In this document: positions 19,499 to 29,855 of the stretch, piece after piece
Layout: each line of letters starts with the position of its first letter
How positions within the stretch are numbered: position 1 is the first letter of the stretch
Source of the DNA: an uncultured Oligoflexus sp.
GTDB lineage: Bacteria; Bdellovibrionota_B; Oligoflexia; Oligoflexales; Oligoflexaceae
Length of the DNA stretch: 64,000 nucleotides
Reading direction: 5' to 3'
Assembly (NCBI GenBank): GCA_964236955.1
Contig: CAXSGP010000004.1
Coordinates: 1 to 64,000, forward strand
Translations under genes and position numbers: made by a program
Notes under the pieces: generated by a model
Database searches by the model: none
Seen by the model: the letters and a program-made list of their open reading frames with translations, nothing else
What the model was told of the DNA's origin: nothing

Positions 19499-21406
19499 TT
19501 AAGGGCGGGTGGGCATTCTCAGGCGGTTGAGCGGCAGGTGCAGTTCGATTGCGAACGGACAGTGGCCGCCTTGGATGTGCTCAGGATAGAGAGCGATTTC
19601 GATACGCGACTTCAGGTGCTCAGCGGATTCCAGGCAGCGCGTGAGGCCACGCGGTGCGCGCCAGGCCTTGACGAGGAGGAGCTTCGCATAATACTGAAGG
19701 TTTCCACCCTTGTCCCGATCGAGCAGGCGATCGTCATGGGCCCATTCCCGCAACTGCAGTATTCCCAGACCCCGTCCATCGTCGTGAAAACGCAGCACAA
19801 GGCTTTCACCAATAGGGGTGAGCGTGATACGAATGTGCGTCGCTCCGCTTTTGTTTTTCAGCAGCCGTTCGTGAGCAGTTTCCATCCCATGTTGCTTGGT
19901 GTTATCGACTAGATGGGTGACAATGTTCCGGATCGGGGCCAGATCCTCGAACTTCAAGGCGTAGAGTGCAGCGGAATGATCTTCAAAGCTCAAGTCCAGG
20001 ATGTTTTTGCCTTTGCTGATCCAGGCCGCCTCCCGCACGACATGTTCAACCGTCGCTGTTAGAGGCGACCAGGCCATGTGCTCAAAGGCAGCTTTGGCCA
20101 GATCTATCGCTTGCTTCAGCTCAGGCAGCAGAAGGCTCGGGTCGGCATCCTCAAGATGCTTGATATCCTTATTGAAGAGCACCTTGGATGCATGCTCGAG
20201 TCGCCGGCCCAAAATTTTGGAATTCAAGCGAAGATACTGCTGCGCGACTTTTCTGACGGTGTCGATTTCCTGATTGAGGATAAGGGGGTTCCACTGCGAA
20301 TCGAGGTCCTGCAAGAGTCGCATAAGGCTGTTGGCCAAACAGGATAATTTTCTGGAAAGCACCCGAAAGCCTAACAGCCGGGCACTCTCTTCGAGTGTTT
20401 TACTTTGAATATAGAGGGTTCTGAGTCTTCCGTCGTCGCGCAACAAGGTCTTTAGAATGGTGGACGATAGCTGCGTCAGACCGTTGTGCAGGGTGTCCAT
20501 GTACACGGAAAAAGTTTCCAGGGAACGGTTGTTTAATTCGGAAACTATGGCTTGATCGTCAGCCGGTTCTCCCGAATCGGCGAGACTGGGCAGATGCGCA
20601 TAATTTTCCAAGGGAGCCACCGGCCTCGTAAGTCTGACGTCGAAAGCGAACAAAGTCTTCAATTTCAGCAGCCGGCCCAGGGCCAGGATCAAAACAAAAT
20701 AAGGGGTTCTGGAGGGCTCGCTAGGGCTTATATCAAAGGGCAGCCTTGCGGCCTCAAAGACCCCGACGGCAAGCAAAAGAAGGCAGAGGCCAAGTTCGAA
20801 AGGGGCACCTTTTCTTTTTAGAAGGTTGAGTCCCAGTAAAAATAGGATAGAACCCTGCAGATAGACGGAAAAAATAAGGACGAGGGGAGGAATCCGATCC
20901 TGGCCGATAAATAGCGCGGCATTTAGAGTGACAAGGCTCAGGCGAAGCCCTCGTTTTGATCGCCGGAAAAAAGCCTCATCCATAAAAAGGTACAGGGTCA
21001 GCAGAATAAGAGTGAGGATGCCCCCCACCCCATACCTTTGGAGGTTCGGGTCCAGACGAAAGGGGATGCCAATGAAAAAGCTTACCTGCAGGGGTGAGCC
21101 TAGGCCCGCGAGGACCGCTCCCCCAAAACAGAGGAAAGAAAAATAGATTTCATGGGTTTTCTTTCTATCAAAATGAAATAAGAAGAGAAAGAGCAGGGCG
21201 AAGGAGACCAGGATAAAAACCAGGGTGGCCGTCGCGAGATGCGAGAGAGCGAAACGAAGGCTTTCAACGCTCTCGGTCGGCAGTACGGCGGCAGAGCCTG
21301 CCCATTCTAAACTTGGGCTTGTTTTGGTATTTTGCAAAGTCTCGACAATAGGACTGGCTTGAGCTAGCCGGCCGTGGATGAGAGCTATGAAAAGGAGCAA
21401 ACGCAA
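19499..21406 (-). CDS. Multi-TM sensor fused to degenerate CheA-like Hpt and HATPase domains
   Basis: About 7 TM helices; Hpt-like helix LYIQSKTLEESARLLGF; N-box HLVDNTKQHGME; G1 box DDGRGL. Confidence 0.78.
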   Translation of the reverse strand: MRLLLFIALIHGRLAQASPIVETLQNTKTSPSLEWAGSAAVLPTESVESLRFALSHLATATLVFILVSFALLFLFLFHFDRKKTHEIYFSFLCFGGAVLAGLGSPLQVSFFIGIPFRLDPNLQRYGVGGILTLILLTLYLFMDEAFFRRSKRGLRLSLVTLNAALFIGQDRIPPLVLIFSVYLQGSILFLLGLNLLKRKGAPFELGLCLLLLAVGVFEAARLPFDISPSEPSRTPYFVLILALGRLLKLKTLFAFDVRLTRPVAPLENYAHLPSLADSGEPADDQAIVSELNNRSLETFSVYMDTLHNGLTQLSSTILKTLLRDDGRLRTLYIQSKTLEESARLLGFRVLSRKLSCLANSLMRLLQDLDSQWNPLILNQEIDTVRKVAQQYLRLNSKILGRRLEHASKVLFNKDIKHLEDADPSLLLPELKQAIDLAKAAFEHMAWSPLTATVEHVVREAAWISKGKNILDLSFEDHSAALYALKFEDLAPIRNIVTHLVDNTKQHGMETAHERLLKNKSGATHIRITLTPIGESLVLRFHDDGRGLGILQLREWAHDDRLLDRDKGGNLQYYAKLLLVKAWRAPRGLTRCLESAEHLKSRIEIALYPEHIQGGHCPFAIELHLPLNRLRMPTRP

Positions 21407-21742
21407 GGTTTTCGCCTTCTATAAAGGTTGACCAGGTATCGGAGGTTCCTGAACAAAGCGAAGCAATTTTCAAAGGCTGGAGCTAAAAATTTTAATAATT
21501 TAATAATATTAATATGTTAGATACCATTTTAAGAGCTGGCCAGGAAAGCTGGCAGCCATTGACAAGCTTTCGAGCAGAAGGCCATTCCTGATTTCGAAGG
21601 CGCCGAAACAGTAGGTAAAAAACTGACGCTGGATAGGCGTCGGCTAAGCTAACATGCAGCATAGCTCTCACGATTAAATCATGTTAGAAAAATACGACTT
21701 GGTTTAAGCTCCTGCAGGACTTTGGCACGATGAGGAATCTCC

Positions 21743-23554
21743 ATGGAAGAACTTGATAATCCGAAACTCTATCGCATCCGTCACTCTTTGGCCCACGTAT
21801 TGGCTCAGGCTGTTCAGCTCAAATTTCCAAAAGTGCAAATGGGTTTTGGACCGCCTACCGATCAAGGGTTTTTCTATGATTTCGATTTCACGGATACGAC
21901 TTTTACGGAAGCCGACCTCAAAGAACTTGAAAAAATGATGAAGAAGATCATCGCCCAGAGTCATAGTTTTGAGTATTCCGAGTTTGACTATGAAGGTGCC
22001 GTTAACTTTTTAAGTAATGGCAGAAACGAGCCTTATAAGCTTGAAAACCTGAAGAATCTGCACAGTCGGGGCGTGACTAAATTTAGCTTCTACAAAAGCG
22101 GAAATTTTCTCGACGTCTGCGAAGGTCCACATGTGGAGAAGTCCAGTCAACTGCCCGCCGATGCCTTCAAACTCGATCGTGTTGCTGGTGCTTACTGGCT
22201 TGGCAACGAAAAAAACAAGATGCTGACCCGCATCTATGCGCTGGCCTTCGAATCGCGTGAGCAGCTTGACGATTTCATTAAGCGCAGAAAGCTGGCCGAA
22301 GAGTACGATCATAAGAAATTGGGCAAGGAACTTGAGATCTATCACTACGAGGATATCATCGGCAAGGGGCTGCCGCTATGGATGCCCAACGGGACGGTGA
22401 TTCGGGATGAGATTCAAAAATACGCGGTTGAGATGGAGTTCCGTAACGGTTATAAGCGCGTGGCAACCCCCAATATTGCCAAGAGCGAGCTTTATCTTCG
22501 TTCGCAGCATTTGCCGGCCTACCGGGAGTCAATGTTCCCGCCTATGATCCTTGAAGAAGATGAAGGGCGAAAGACCGAATACTATCTAAAGCCTATGAAC
22601 TGTCCCCATCATCACCTTATTTATGCTGCCAGAAAACGCAGCTATCGCGAGCTACCGCTTCGCCTGGCTGAATACGGCACCTGCTATCGCTATGAGCAGT
22701 CGGGTGAAGTGTCCGGGCTTATTCGGGTGCGATGCATGACGATGAACGATGCTCATATTTATCTTCGTGAATCTCAGTTTGAAGAAGAGTTCGATAAGCT
22801 CCTCGCCATGTATCAGGAGTTCTATAAGACCTTTGGGCTCACCGAGTATCGCTTCCGTCTCTCCATCCGTGGCGAAGAGAACGCGGATAAGTTCAAAGGT
22901 GATGCCGATATGTGGACCAAAGGCGAAAAACTGCTGGAAGAGGCGCTGATTCGGGCCAGGCTCCCGTACTACGTTGGGGTTGGGGAAGCGGCATTCTACG
23001 GTCCAAAGATTGACATCCAATTTCGTAACCTGATGGGTCGCGAGGAAACCGTTTCGACTATTCAGGTCGATTTTTTAAGCCCCAAAAACTTCGAACTCGC
23101 CTATACCGACGAAAGTGGGCAGGATCAGCTGCCAGTTATTATCCATAGAGCCCCCTTGTCGACGCACGAACGCTTTATTAGTTACCTCATTGAATATTAT
23201 GGCGGTGCTTTTCCTACTTGGGCGGCGCCGGTGCAGGTCGTCGCTATTCCGGTCATGGAAGCCGGAAGGGACCATGCCCGTGCCTTCGTAGACGAGCTGC
23301 ATAGTAAGATGGTCCGGGCCGAAGTGGACGACAGTGACAACACCTTGAACAAAAAGATTCGTACCCACTCCATGCGCAAAATACCAATGCAGATCATTCT
23401 GGGACAGAAGGAAATGGATGAAGGACTCGTGACGATTCGTCGCTATGGAATCCAAGAGCAAGTCACAATGCCCAGGGAAGCGTTCATGAGCAGTTTACTC
23501 AAGGAGATAGCGGAGCGGACTATGCATCGTCCGGCAATGGGATCATTACTTTAG
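21743..23554 (+). CDS. thrS: Threonine--tRNA ligase (no N-terminal TGS domain)
   Basis: RHSLAH, DVCEGPH, DHKKLG, KPMNCPHH, GEAAFYGPKID, IIHRA. Confidence 0.98.
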   Translation: MEELDNPKLYRIRHSLAHVLAQAVQLKFPKVQMGFGPPTDQGFFYDFDFTDTTFTEADLKELEKMMKKIIAQSHSFEYSEFDYEGAVNFLSNGRNEPYKLENLKNLHSRGVTKFSFYKSGNFLDVCEGPHVEKSSQLPADAFKLDRVAGAYWLGNEKNKMLTRIYALAFESREQLDDFIKRRKLAEEYDHKKLGKELEIYHYEDIIGKGLPLWMPNGTVIRDEIQKYAVEMEFRNGYKRVATPNIAKSELYLRSQHLPAYRESMFPPMILEEDEGRKTEYYLKPMNCPHHHLIYAARKRSYRELPLRLAEYGTCYRYEQSGEVSGLIRVRCMTMNDAHIYLRESQFEEEFDKLLAMYQEFYKTFGLTEYRFRLSIRGEENADKFKGDADMWTKGEKLLEEALIRARLPYYVGVGEAAFYGPKIDIQFRNLMGREETVSTIQVDFLSPKNFELAYTDESGQDQLPVIIHRAPLSTHERFISYLIEYYGGAFPTWAAPVQVVAIPVMEAGRDHARAFVDELHSKMVRAEVDDSDNTLNKKIRTHSMRKIPMQIILGQKEMDEGLVTIRRYGIQEQVTMPREAFMSSLLKEIAERTMHRPAMGSLL

Positions 23555-23602
23555 ACTTTCAGAGGTAAATAGGCCTTTATTAGTCCGAATCTTAAGAGAG
23601 TA

Positions 23603-23635
23603 AGGATGTTCGAATTTACAATTCGAACGCCTTTT
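23603..23635 (+). terminator. Intrinsic terminator after thrS
   Basis: GTTCGAAT-ttaca-ATTCGAAC stem followed by GCCTTTT. Confidence 0.55.
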
Positions 23636-23721
23636 CACTTTTTGTCCACCCGCTAAGAATCGACAAGCTCCGCTCAGTCTGCTTTAATCTCCCTCATCCC
23701 ACCCCTTTAGGAGAGCACCGG

Positions 23722-25392
23722 TTGAAATTCATCATGCTGTGGTTGAGTTTATGGTCTTGTATTGGGTTCGGTGCCACCAGGGCTCCTATCACTGGAACCA
23801 AAGGTCTGGTCGCTACGGTAAGCCCCATCGCTTCAGAAATCGGCGCTCAAATTCTTCGGCAGGGCGGAACAGCAGCGGATGCAGCGGTTGCTGTGGGCTT
23901 CGCATTAGCTGTTACCTGGCCCTCGGCGGGCAATCTCGGGGGCGGAGGCTTTGCCCTCGTGCATGCGTCAGGAATAGCGGATACCTTTATTGATTATCGG
24001 GAAACAGCACCCGCGGCGACGGGTCCGAATTTTTACCTGAACGAAAAAGGTGAACTCAATGAAAAGCAGCCGCGGGTCGGCTACCGTGCCGCGGGTGTTC
24101 CCGGGACAGTCGCAGGTCTGGCGCTGGTGCATAAAAAATGGGGAAAACTTCCCTGGAAAGCGCTGATAGAACCGGCCCGTAAGCTTGCCGACCAAGGGTT
24201 TATCATTGATGCGGCTCTCGAAGAGAGTCTGCATTCCAACGGGGATCTACTTGAAATTTTTCCCGCTACTAAAAAAATATTTTTTAACAAAGGTAAACCA
24301 TGGCAACGCGGCCAACGGTTGGTGCAAAAAGATTTGGCCGCGTCTTTAGCTCTTATTCAGAAAAAAGGGGCTGAGGAATTTTATCAAGGTAAGGTCGCCG
24401 AACTCATAAGCCAGGATATGAAGACTAACAATGGCGTGCTGAACCAAGCGGACCTTCGTCACTATAAGCCAGTGGAAAGGGAACCGCTCCTAAGAACATG
24501 GCGTGAGTATGAGATAGTGACTGCGCCTCCGCCGTCGTCAGGCGGAATCGTACTGCTCTCTATCCTCGGAATGCTGGAGCAGGACAAGCTTGAGGTCATG
24601 GGTCACGGGTCAGCCGATTATATCCATCTGCTGGTCGAAAGCATGAAAAAGGCCTTTGCGGACCGTTCGGTCTGGGTAGGGGATCCGGACTTTGTTCAAA
24701 CTCCCATTGCTAAGCTTTTGGCTCCTGAGTACCTCGCCCAACGCCGGGCCGAAATTGGCGAAAAAGCTGCCCATGATATCAAGCCTGGTGAACTTCCTGG
24801 CGAAAGGCCTGACACGACTCATTTCACCATCCGCGACAGCCGTGGCATGACGATCAGCAACACCTACACCCTGAATGGCTCCTACGGCTCGGGAGTCGTT
24901 GCGGCAGGCACGGGCATCCTTATGAATAACGAAATGGACGACTTTACAAGCAAGCTAGGAGAAAATAATATGTTCGGGCTGCGGCAGGGAACCCGTAACC
25001 TCATCGCAGCGGGCAAAAGACCCCTCTCATCGATGAGTCCCACCTTCGTTTACAAGGATCGTCAAATGGTAATGGCCCTCGGGGCTCCAGGTGGGCCCAC
25101 TATCATCAATTCCGTAGCCCAGACCATCCTGAATCGATTGGTATTTCATATGAATATACAGGAAGCCGCCGATGCTCCTCGCTTTCATCATCAATGGATG
25201 CCTGATAAGATCACTTGGGAACCCTTCGGGCTCAATGCCGACACTAAAAAACTCCTCGACGCGCGTGGGCATATCTTCAGTGAAAAACCGCGGAATTTTG
25301 GTGACATTCAGGCCCTCGCCTGGGATGAGGCCAGCGGGCGATGGACAGGGGCATCTGATTCGCGGAACGGAGGGGCAGTTGTCGCTGAGTAG
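23722..25392 (+). CDS. ggt: Gamma-glutamyltransferase
   Basis: GNLGGGGF, IDYRE, PPPSSGG, DTTHF (autocleavage Thr), NNEMDDF, RPLSSMSP, GAPGG; signal peptide. Confidence 0.96.
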   Translation: MKFIMLWLSLWSCIGFGATRAPITGTKGLVATVSPIASEIGAQILRQGGTAADAAVAVGFALAVTWPSAGNLGGGGFALVHASGIADTFIDYRETAPAATGPNFYLNEKGELNEKQPRVGYRAAGVPGTVAGLALVHKKWGKLPWKALIEPARKLADQGFIIDAALEESLHSNGDLLEIFPATKKIFFNKGKPWQRGQRLVQKDLAASLALIQKKGAEEFYQGKVAELISQDMKTNNGVLNQADLRHYKPVEREPLLRTWREYEIVTAPPPSSGGIVLLSILGMLEQDKLEVMGHGSADYIHLLVESMKKAFADRSVWVGDPDFVQTPIAKLLAPEYLAQRRAEIGEKAAHDIKPGELPGERPDTTHFTIRDSRGMTISNTYTLNGSYGSGVVAAGTGILMNNEMDDFTSKLGENNMFGLRQGTRNLIAAGKRPLSSMSPTFVYKDRQMVMALGAPGGPTIINSVAQTILNRLVFHMNIQEAADAPRFHHQWMPDKITWEPFGLNADTKKLLDARGHIFSEKPRNFGDIQALAWDEASGRWTGASDSRNGGAVVAE

Positions 25393-25440
25393 TTTTTTGC
25401 GATATATTGCCAAGGCAATTAAGTTCTTGGGAGGTGGATT

Positions 25441-25854
25441 TTGAAACGCATGACGCCCGACCAGGCTATAACCTATCTCGGCATTCAACATGATGGATGT
25501 CTTTCCCCTTGCCCTGCCATGCCGAATGCGGTTTGTAGCTATTTTCCAAAGGACAAGAAGCATTACCTTCCGCCACTTGTCTATGAAGGCACTGAAGATT
25601 CGGCCCGGGAGAGAATCAAGGCTATCCATGAGACTTTGACCGGCGTTAGGCTGATCAAGGAGGCGGGCCCCTATCTTCATTTCATCTACACTTCCTTGGT
25701 GATGCGCTTTGTCGATGACGTTGAATTTTTAATTGATGCGGAGAGACAGACTGTTCACTTTCGTTCGGCCTCTCGCCTGGGCTACTGGGACCTTGGAGCA
25801 AACGCCAGACGCATGAAACGATTTAAACAGCTGTTTCATAGCATACGGGTTTAG
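25441..25854 (+). CDS. DUF1499 family protein
   Basis: LSPCPAMPNAVCS, FVDDVEF, RSASRLGYWDLGANARR. Confidence 0.9.
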   Translation: MKRMTPDQAITYLGIQHDGCLSPCPAMPNAVCSYFPKDKKHYLPPLVYEGTEDSARERIKAIHETLTGVRLIKEAGPYLHFIYTSLVMRFVDDVEFLIDAERQTVHFRSASRLGYWDLGANARRMKRFKQLFHSIRV

Positions 25855-26093
25855 GTCGCGGCTTGTTGGGTTCTGTGAGCCATAAGCAGTATCCCCCTGG
25901 CCCTTAGACCCACTTCACGGCTCCAAGGGGCGGCTCCTTCGCGCTTCACGATCTGTTCAGGCCAGCCAATGAAATCTCAAATCCAACCCTAGCAACCGTT
26001 TGAGAAATCTCTGAAAATTGAAGATTGACGGTCTTCTCAACTGTCTGTTACCTGGAGTGAAACGAGTTTTCCTTCCCATGATGGAGACAATCT

Positions 26094-26573
26094 ATGAAGC
26101 TATGGCATCTTGCGCCGCTGGTACTGCTATTAAGTCAGGGTAGTGCCTTTGGCAAGAACTATGGAATGGCTGGATGCGGCCTTGGATCGATGGTTCTCAA
26201 GACTGACGATTTTACGCAAATTTTAGCTGCGACCTTAAATGCCACTGGGGTACAGACTGTGGGAATCTCACTGGGGACATCGAACTGTACACATGCAAAC
26301 AGTGCGGCGGCTCTTGAAAAGCAGGAGCATTTCGTGCTGGAAAACCTGGAGAATCTTCGTCGTGACATGGTGAAGGGAGATGGTGAATATTTGAAGGGTT
26401 ATGCCGAAGTCCTTGGCTGTGATGGACAATCCTACACCCTTTTTAAAAGCCTCGCGAAAGCGGAGGAAGCGAGTATCTTCCGTGCGCCCGGTGCGATCGC
26501 GGTACTGGAAGCGACGAAAGATAAGATCCGACAGCATGCAGATCTACAGAACGCTTGTACCAACCTGATCTAA
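26094..26573 (+). CDS. DUF3015 family exported protein (copy 1)
   Basis: Signal peptide; YGMAGCGLGS, ILAATLN, GISLGTSNC, DMVKGDGEYL, LGC. Confidence 0.88.
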   Translation: MKLWHLAPLVLLLSQGSAFGKNYGMAGCGLGSMVLKTDDFTQILAATLNATGVQTVGISLGTSNCTHANSAAALEKQEHFVLENLENLRRDMVKGDGEYLKGYAEVLGCDGQSYTLFKSLAKAEEASIFRAPGAIAVLEATKDKIRQHADLQNACTNLI

Positions 26574-26589
26574 AATCTAGGGGCGCCCC

Positions 26590-27183
26590 ATGAAACTCAA
26601 GACATCTCGCCTTCTCGCTCTTTCGCTTTTGCTTATGCCTTCGATGTTACTTGCCAAGCCGGCGCCTAAAAAGAAGAAGGCGGCACCAGGCAAGGGTAAG
26701 CCTGCGGCCGCGGAGCCGGCCAACACGGAAGCCGCTCCAGCCGCGGCTGCACCCCCGCAAGCATCCTCTGAACCAGCTGCTGGGTACCAAAAATCATACG
26801 GCATGGCCGGTTGTGGACTGGGCTCGGAGCTCATCAAAGACCAGGGCTACATCCAAATCCTGGCGGCGACTGTCAACAGCACCGTCGGCTCACAAACCTT
26901 TGGCATCTCGTTTGGCACATTGAATTGTAAGCCCAGCGGCAAAGCCATGGCCCAAGAACAAAAGGTCTTTATCGAAGCCAATCTCGTTTCTTTGAAACGT
27001 GAAGCGGTGAGCGGCCAAGGCGAAACACTCACGGCATTTGCCGATTTACTGGGTTGCCAGACAGAGGAATTCAGTCACGTTTCCAAAGCCAACTTCCAGA
27101 AAATTTATCAGGCCTCAGAAGCTGATGGCATCTTGCGCGCTTACAAGGCGGTATTAACCACGCAATGCACAAGACTTATCTAG
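26590..27183 (+). CDS. DUF3015 family exported protein (copy 2) with K/A/P-rich linker
   Basis: YGMAGCGLGS, ILAATVN, TFGISFGTLNC, GQGETL, LLGC. Confidence 0.88.
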   Translation: MKLKTSRLLALSLLLMPSMLLAKPAPKKKKAAPGKGKPAAAEPANTEAAPAAAAPPQASSEPAAGYQKSYGMAGCGLGSELIKDQGYIQILAATVNSTVGSQTFGISFGTLNCKPSGKAMAQEQKVFIEANLVSLKREAVSGQGETLTAFADLLGCQTEEFSHVSKANFQKIYQASEADGILRAYKAVLTTQCTRLI

Positions 27184-27239
27184 TGTCAGTCCGGAACAGG
27201 CGATGGCTGCGTTTCATCGGCAGAAAAAAATGCTCATTT

Positions 27240-29156
27240 ATGGGAATAAACTTCGCTTTTTTTCTGCCTCGCGCCTTGCCATCCCCATTTCCGGACAGAC
27301 TCTATCTAGAGTCAGGTAAGGCCAGGATTCTTCGCGGGGTCTTCGGTCTTGTCCTTCTTTCCCACTCACTAGCCGCAGTTCCAGCTTCGCTTTATGCAGC
27401 GTCTGGTACGACGGCCCGTATCAGCTGGCGACATCTTCTCTATTACTCCCCCCGTTGGCTTCGACATGACAGCAGTCTCATCGATAGTCCAGAGTTTTTT
27501 CTTGCTCCGGACGGGGCTAGCAATTCCGATCATGAACTTGATGCCTTCCTCGAAGCCTTAAAGAATGACGATCCCAATAAGCCTGAAAATGAAAGACTGG
27601 CCTGCCGGTTCCCAGCGCGTACCCTATGGGTCCAGCGATTTCGGCCCGAGGTCAAATTTTTAATTGCACCCTGTGCCCAATATGATGCCTGGCGTGCTAT
27701 CAGCAATGCCAAGGCGGTTTCCCTCGTTTTTTCATCTTACTACATCAACAATCCCTCCTCGATGATGGGACATAGCTTTCTCAGGCTCAGGCGGGGTGCG
27801 GCGAAGTCCGCGCCGTTGCTCGACAAAGCCGTGAATTTTGCAGCGGAACCAACCACTGATATCGCCATGCTCTATTCCATTATGGGATTGACGGGAAGCT
27901 TTCCTGGAAAATTCACGCTTATGCCCTACTATTCCAAGGTGCAGGAGTATGCAAACGCGGAAAGCCGCGACCTTTGGGAATACGATTTAAATTTTGATGA
28001 AGCGGAAACTACAGCGATGATGGCCAGTCTTTGGGAGCTGGCCCCGCTTCATATCGATTATTTCTATTTTGATGAAAATTGCAGTGCCGTGCTTATGTAC
28101 CTGCTTCAAACGGCAAGGCCAGAGCTTCGCCTCAGTGAAAGTCTGGGCAGTTTCGTCCATCCCAGTGACACCTTGCGCATTCTCATGGCTGAGCCGGGAT
28201 TGGTGAGTGACATCGTTTATCGACCCTCCAGCCGAAGCCGTTATCTTGCCCAGTTTAAGATTCTTAGCGAAGAGGAAAAGGCAATCGTGAGTGAGTATAG
28301 CCTTAAGGATAGGGTTAGGGGTGAGGCCTATTCAAAGCTTCCGCTCGATCGAAAGGCGGCAGTCCTTGATGCCCTTCTTTCCTTTATTGAGTTTGATGAG
28401 GGGCTTTACGGCTCTAAAAAGCCGCTCAGGTATGCCGACCTCTATGAAGATGTGCTCCAGTCGCGGTCTGTCATAAAGTCGGAACCCCTTATCCAGTACC
28501 CAAGTCCAGAGGATGAGGCGCCCCACCTTGGCCACAAGGGGCAACGATGGGGCTTGGCCGCCGGCCGCTATCAGGACCAGGCGGAAGTTTTGCTTGAGTA
28601 TCGCCCGGGCCAACATGATCTCCTCTCCCCTTCGTTAGGCTACCCACCTGAACTCAGCATCGAATTGGGCAAGACCCGAATGGCTTTGCAAGCGGGCGGT
28701 ACCGCGAGGCTCCGCAGTGCCGAGCTCTTTCATATACTTTCATTTAATCCCATGCGGTCAGGACGCTTGCCCTGGTCATGGCAGCTGCAACTTGATTATG
28801 AAAACACCGAAGCGAAACGAGTCAACTTTTTGGCTTCGTTAGGTCAGGCCCTAGCGGGAGGGCTGAGGGATCACTACGCCTTTGCTTTTTTCAATACGCA
28901 TTTCAAGGTGGAGAAGGGGAGTCTCTGGGCCTGTCCCGGTGCCACCATAGGGGGACGATGGACTTACGGCAAGTATTGGGTGCAATATACCCAAGTGAGT
29001 TTAGAACGCTGCTACAGCGAGATTGTTAGGCCTTGGTTAGGTTTTTGGAGCCATAGCTACAGGTGGTCACTTAGTCCCAGCTGGGAGTTGTCCATAGAAG
29101 CTAAAAAATCAACGGATAGCCGTGAGTTAGCCCTTGGATTCTACCGATATTTCTGA
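27240..29156 (+). CDS. DUF4105 (Lnb N-terminal-like) domain protein with C-terminal beta-barrel-like region; start uncertain
   Basis: WRHLLYY, FFLAPDG, CRFPAR, NNPSSMMGHSFL, ESRDLWEY, YFYFDENCS; ends GFYRYF. Confidence 0.85.
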   Translation: MGINFAFFLPRALPSPFPDRLYLESGKARILRGVFGLVLLSHSLAAVPASLYAASGTTARISWRHLLYYSPRWLRHDSSLIDSPEFFLAPDGASNSDHELDAFLEALKNDDPNKPENERLACRFPARTLWVQRFRPEVKFLIAPCAQYDAWRAISNAKAVSLVFSSYYINNPSSMMGHSFLRLRRGAAKSAPLLDKAVNFAAEPTTDIAMLYSIMGLTGSFPGKFTLMPYYSKVQEYANAESRDLWEYDLNFDEAETTAMMASLWELAPLHIDYFYFDENCSAVLMYLLQTARPELRLSESLGSFVHPSDTLRILMAEPGLVSDIVYRPSSRSRYLAQFKILSEEEKAIVSEYSLKDRVRGEAYSKLPLDRKAAVLDALLSFIEFDEGLYGSKKPLRYADLYEDVLQSRSVIKSEPLIQYPSPEDEAPHLGHKGQRWGLAAGRYQDQAEVLLEYRPGQHDLLSPSLGYPPELSIELGKTRMALQAGGTARLRSAELFHILSFNPMRSGRLPWSWQLQLDYENTEAKRVNFLASLGQALAGGLRDHYAFAFFNTHFKVEKGSLWACPGATIGGRWTYGKYWVQYTQVSLERCYSEIVRPWLGFWSHSYRWSLSPSWELSIEAKKSTDSRELALGFYRYF

Positions 29157-29162
29157 GCGCGT

Positions 29163-29855
29163 TTATTGATCGGCAAATTGATGCGCAAAATTCATAAAGC
29201 ACTCACGGATCAGGGACTGCGTGCTAGGCGGCTCTATGGGTTGGTCATCGTCGCTAAGAGTTAGGGTATTTTGATTTGATTCCTGCGTCGCATAGATAAG
29301 GCCATTCCAAATGAATTCATTGTTCACAATATTCAGAATGCGAAAGCGCATTTTCATAACCCTTTGGCAGTAGGCCTTGGGACCGCGAGGTTCAGACGCC
29401 AGATAGGTCGGCAGGGCTTCCTTGTGGCTGCAGATGACAGAGTTCTGCAGGAGATTCGCAAACACTACCTGCTTGGGATATGATTTTCCAAGGGCCGTGA
29501 GTTTTTTAAGGATCTGCAGGGTGGCTGCCGATGGTTCGAGCTGATCTTCGCTTTTTAGCGCGACACGCCATTCCTCTAAAACTTCATCATCGAGAGTTGC
29601 GATAATTGCCGCTGTGGATAGGAGGGGGGCCTCTTTCCATTGGGCGGCCAAGATATTGACAAATATGGAATCAAAAGCGTTTAAGTCATCGATCTTATTA
29701 AATTTTTCAGGAGTGCTATCGATCAGGGGGGCGACCACGAAACCGCGTTTGGTGAGGTCCTGCTTGGTGAACATGATCTCGCTGTCGGGAGTTGTTCGAT
29801 AGGCATTGCAGCCTGAGAGTAAAATGCCGGAAAGGATCAGGAATAGGAAATTCAT
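29163..29855 (-). CDS. Hypothetical lipoprotein
   Basis: Lipobox ILLSGC; 4-bp ATGA overlap with the upstream kinase gene. Confidence 0.78.
   Translation of the reverse strand: MNFLFLILSGILLSGCNAYRTTPDSEIMFTKQDLTKRGFVVAPLIDSTPEKFNKIDDLNAFDSIFVNILAAQWKEAPLLSTAAIIATLDDEVLEEWRVALKSEDQLEPSAATLQILKKLTALGKSYPKQVVFANLLQNSVICSHKEALPTYLASEPRGPKAYCQRVMKMRFRILNIVNNEFIWNGLIYATQESNQNTLTLSDDDQPIEPPSTQSLIRECFMNFAHQFADQ

Noticed and set aside
21743..21800. thrS apparently truncated at the N-terminus
   Set aside because: TGS-less ThrRS is a known natural form, and a GAGGA RBS precedes the ATG.
25027..25680. 217 aa minus-strand ORF
   Set aside because: Overlaps ggt and the DUF1499 gene on the opposite strand.
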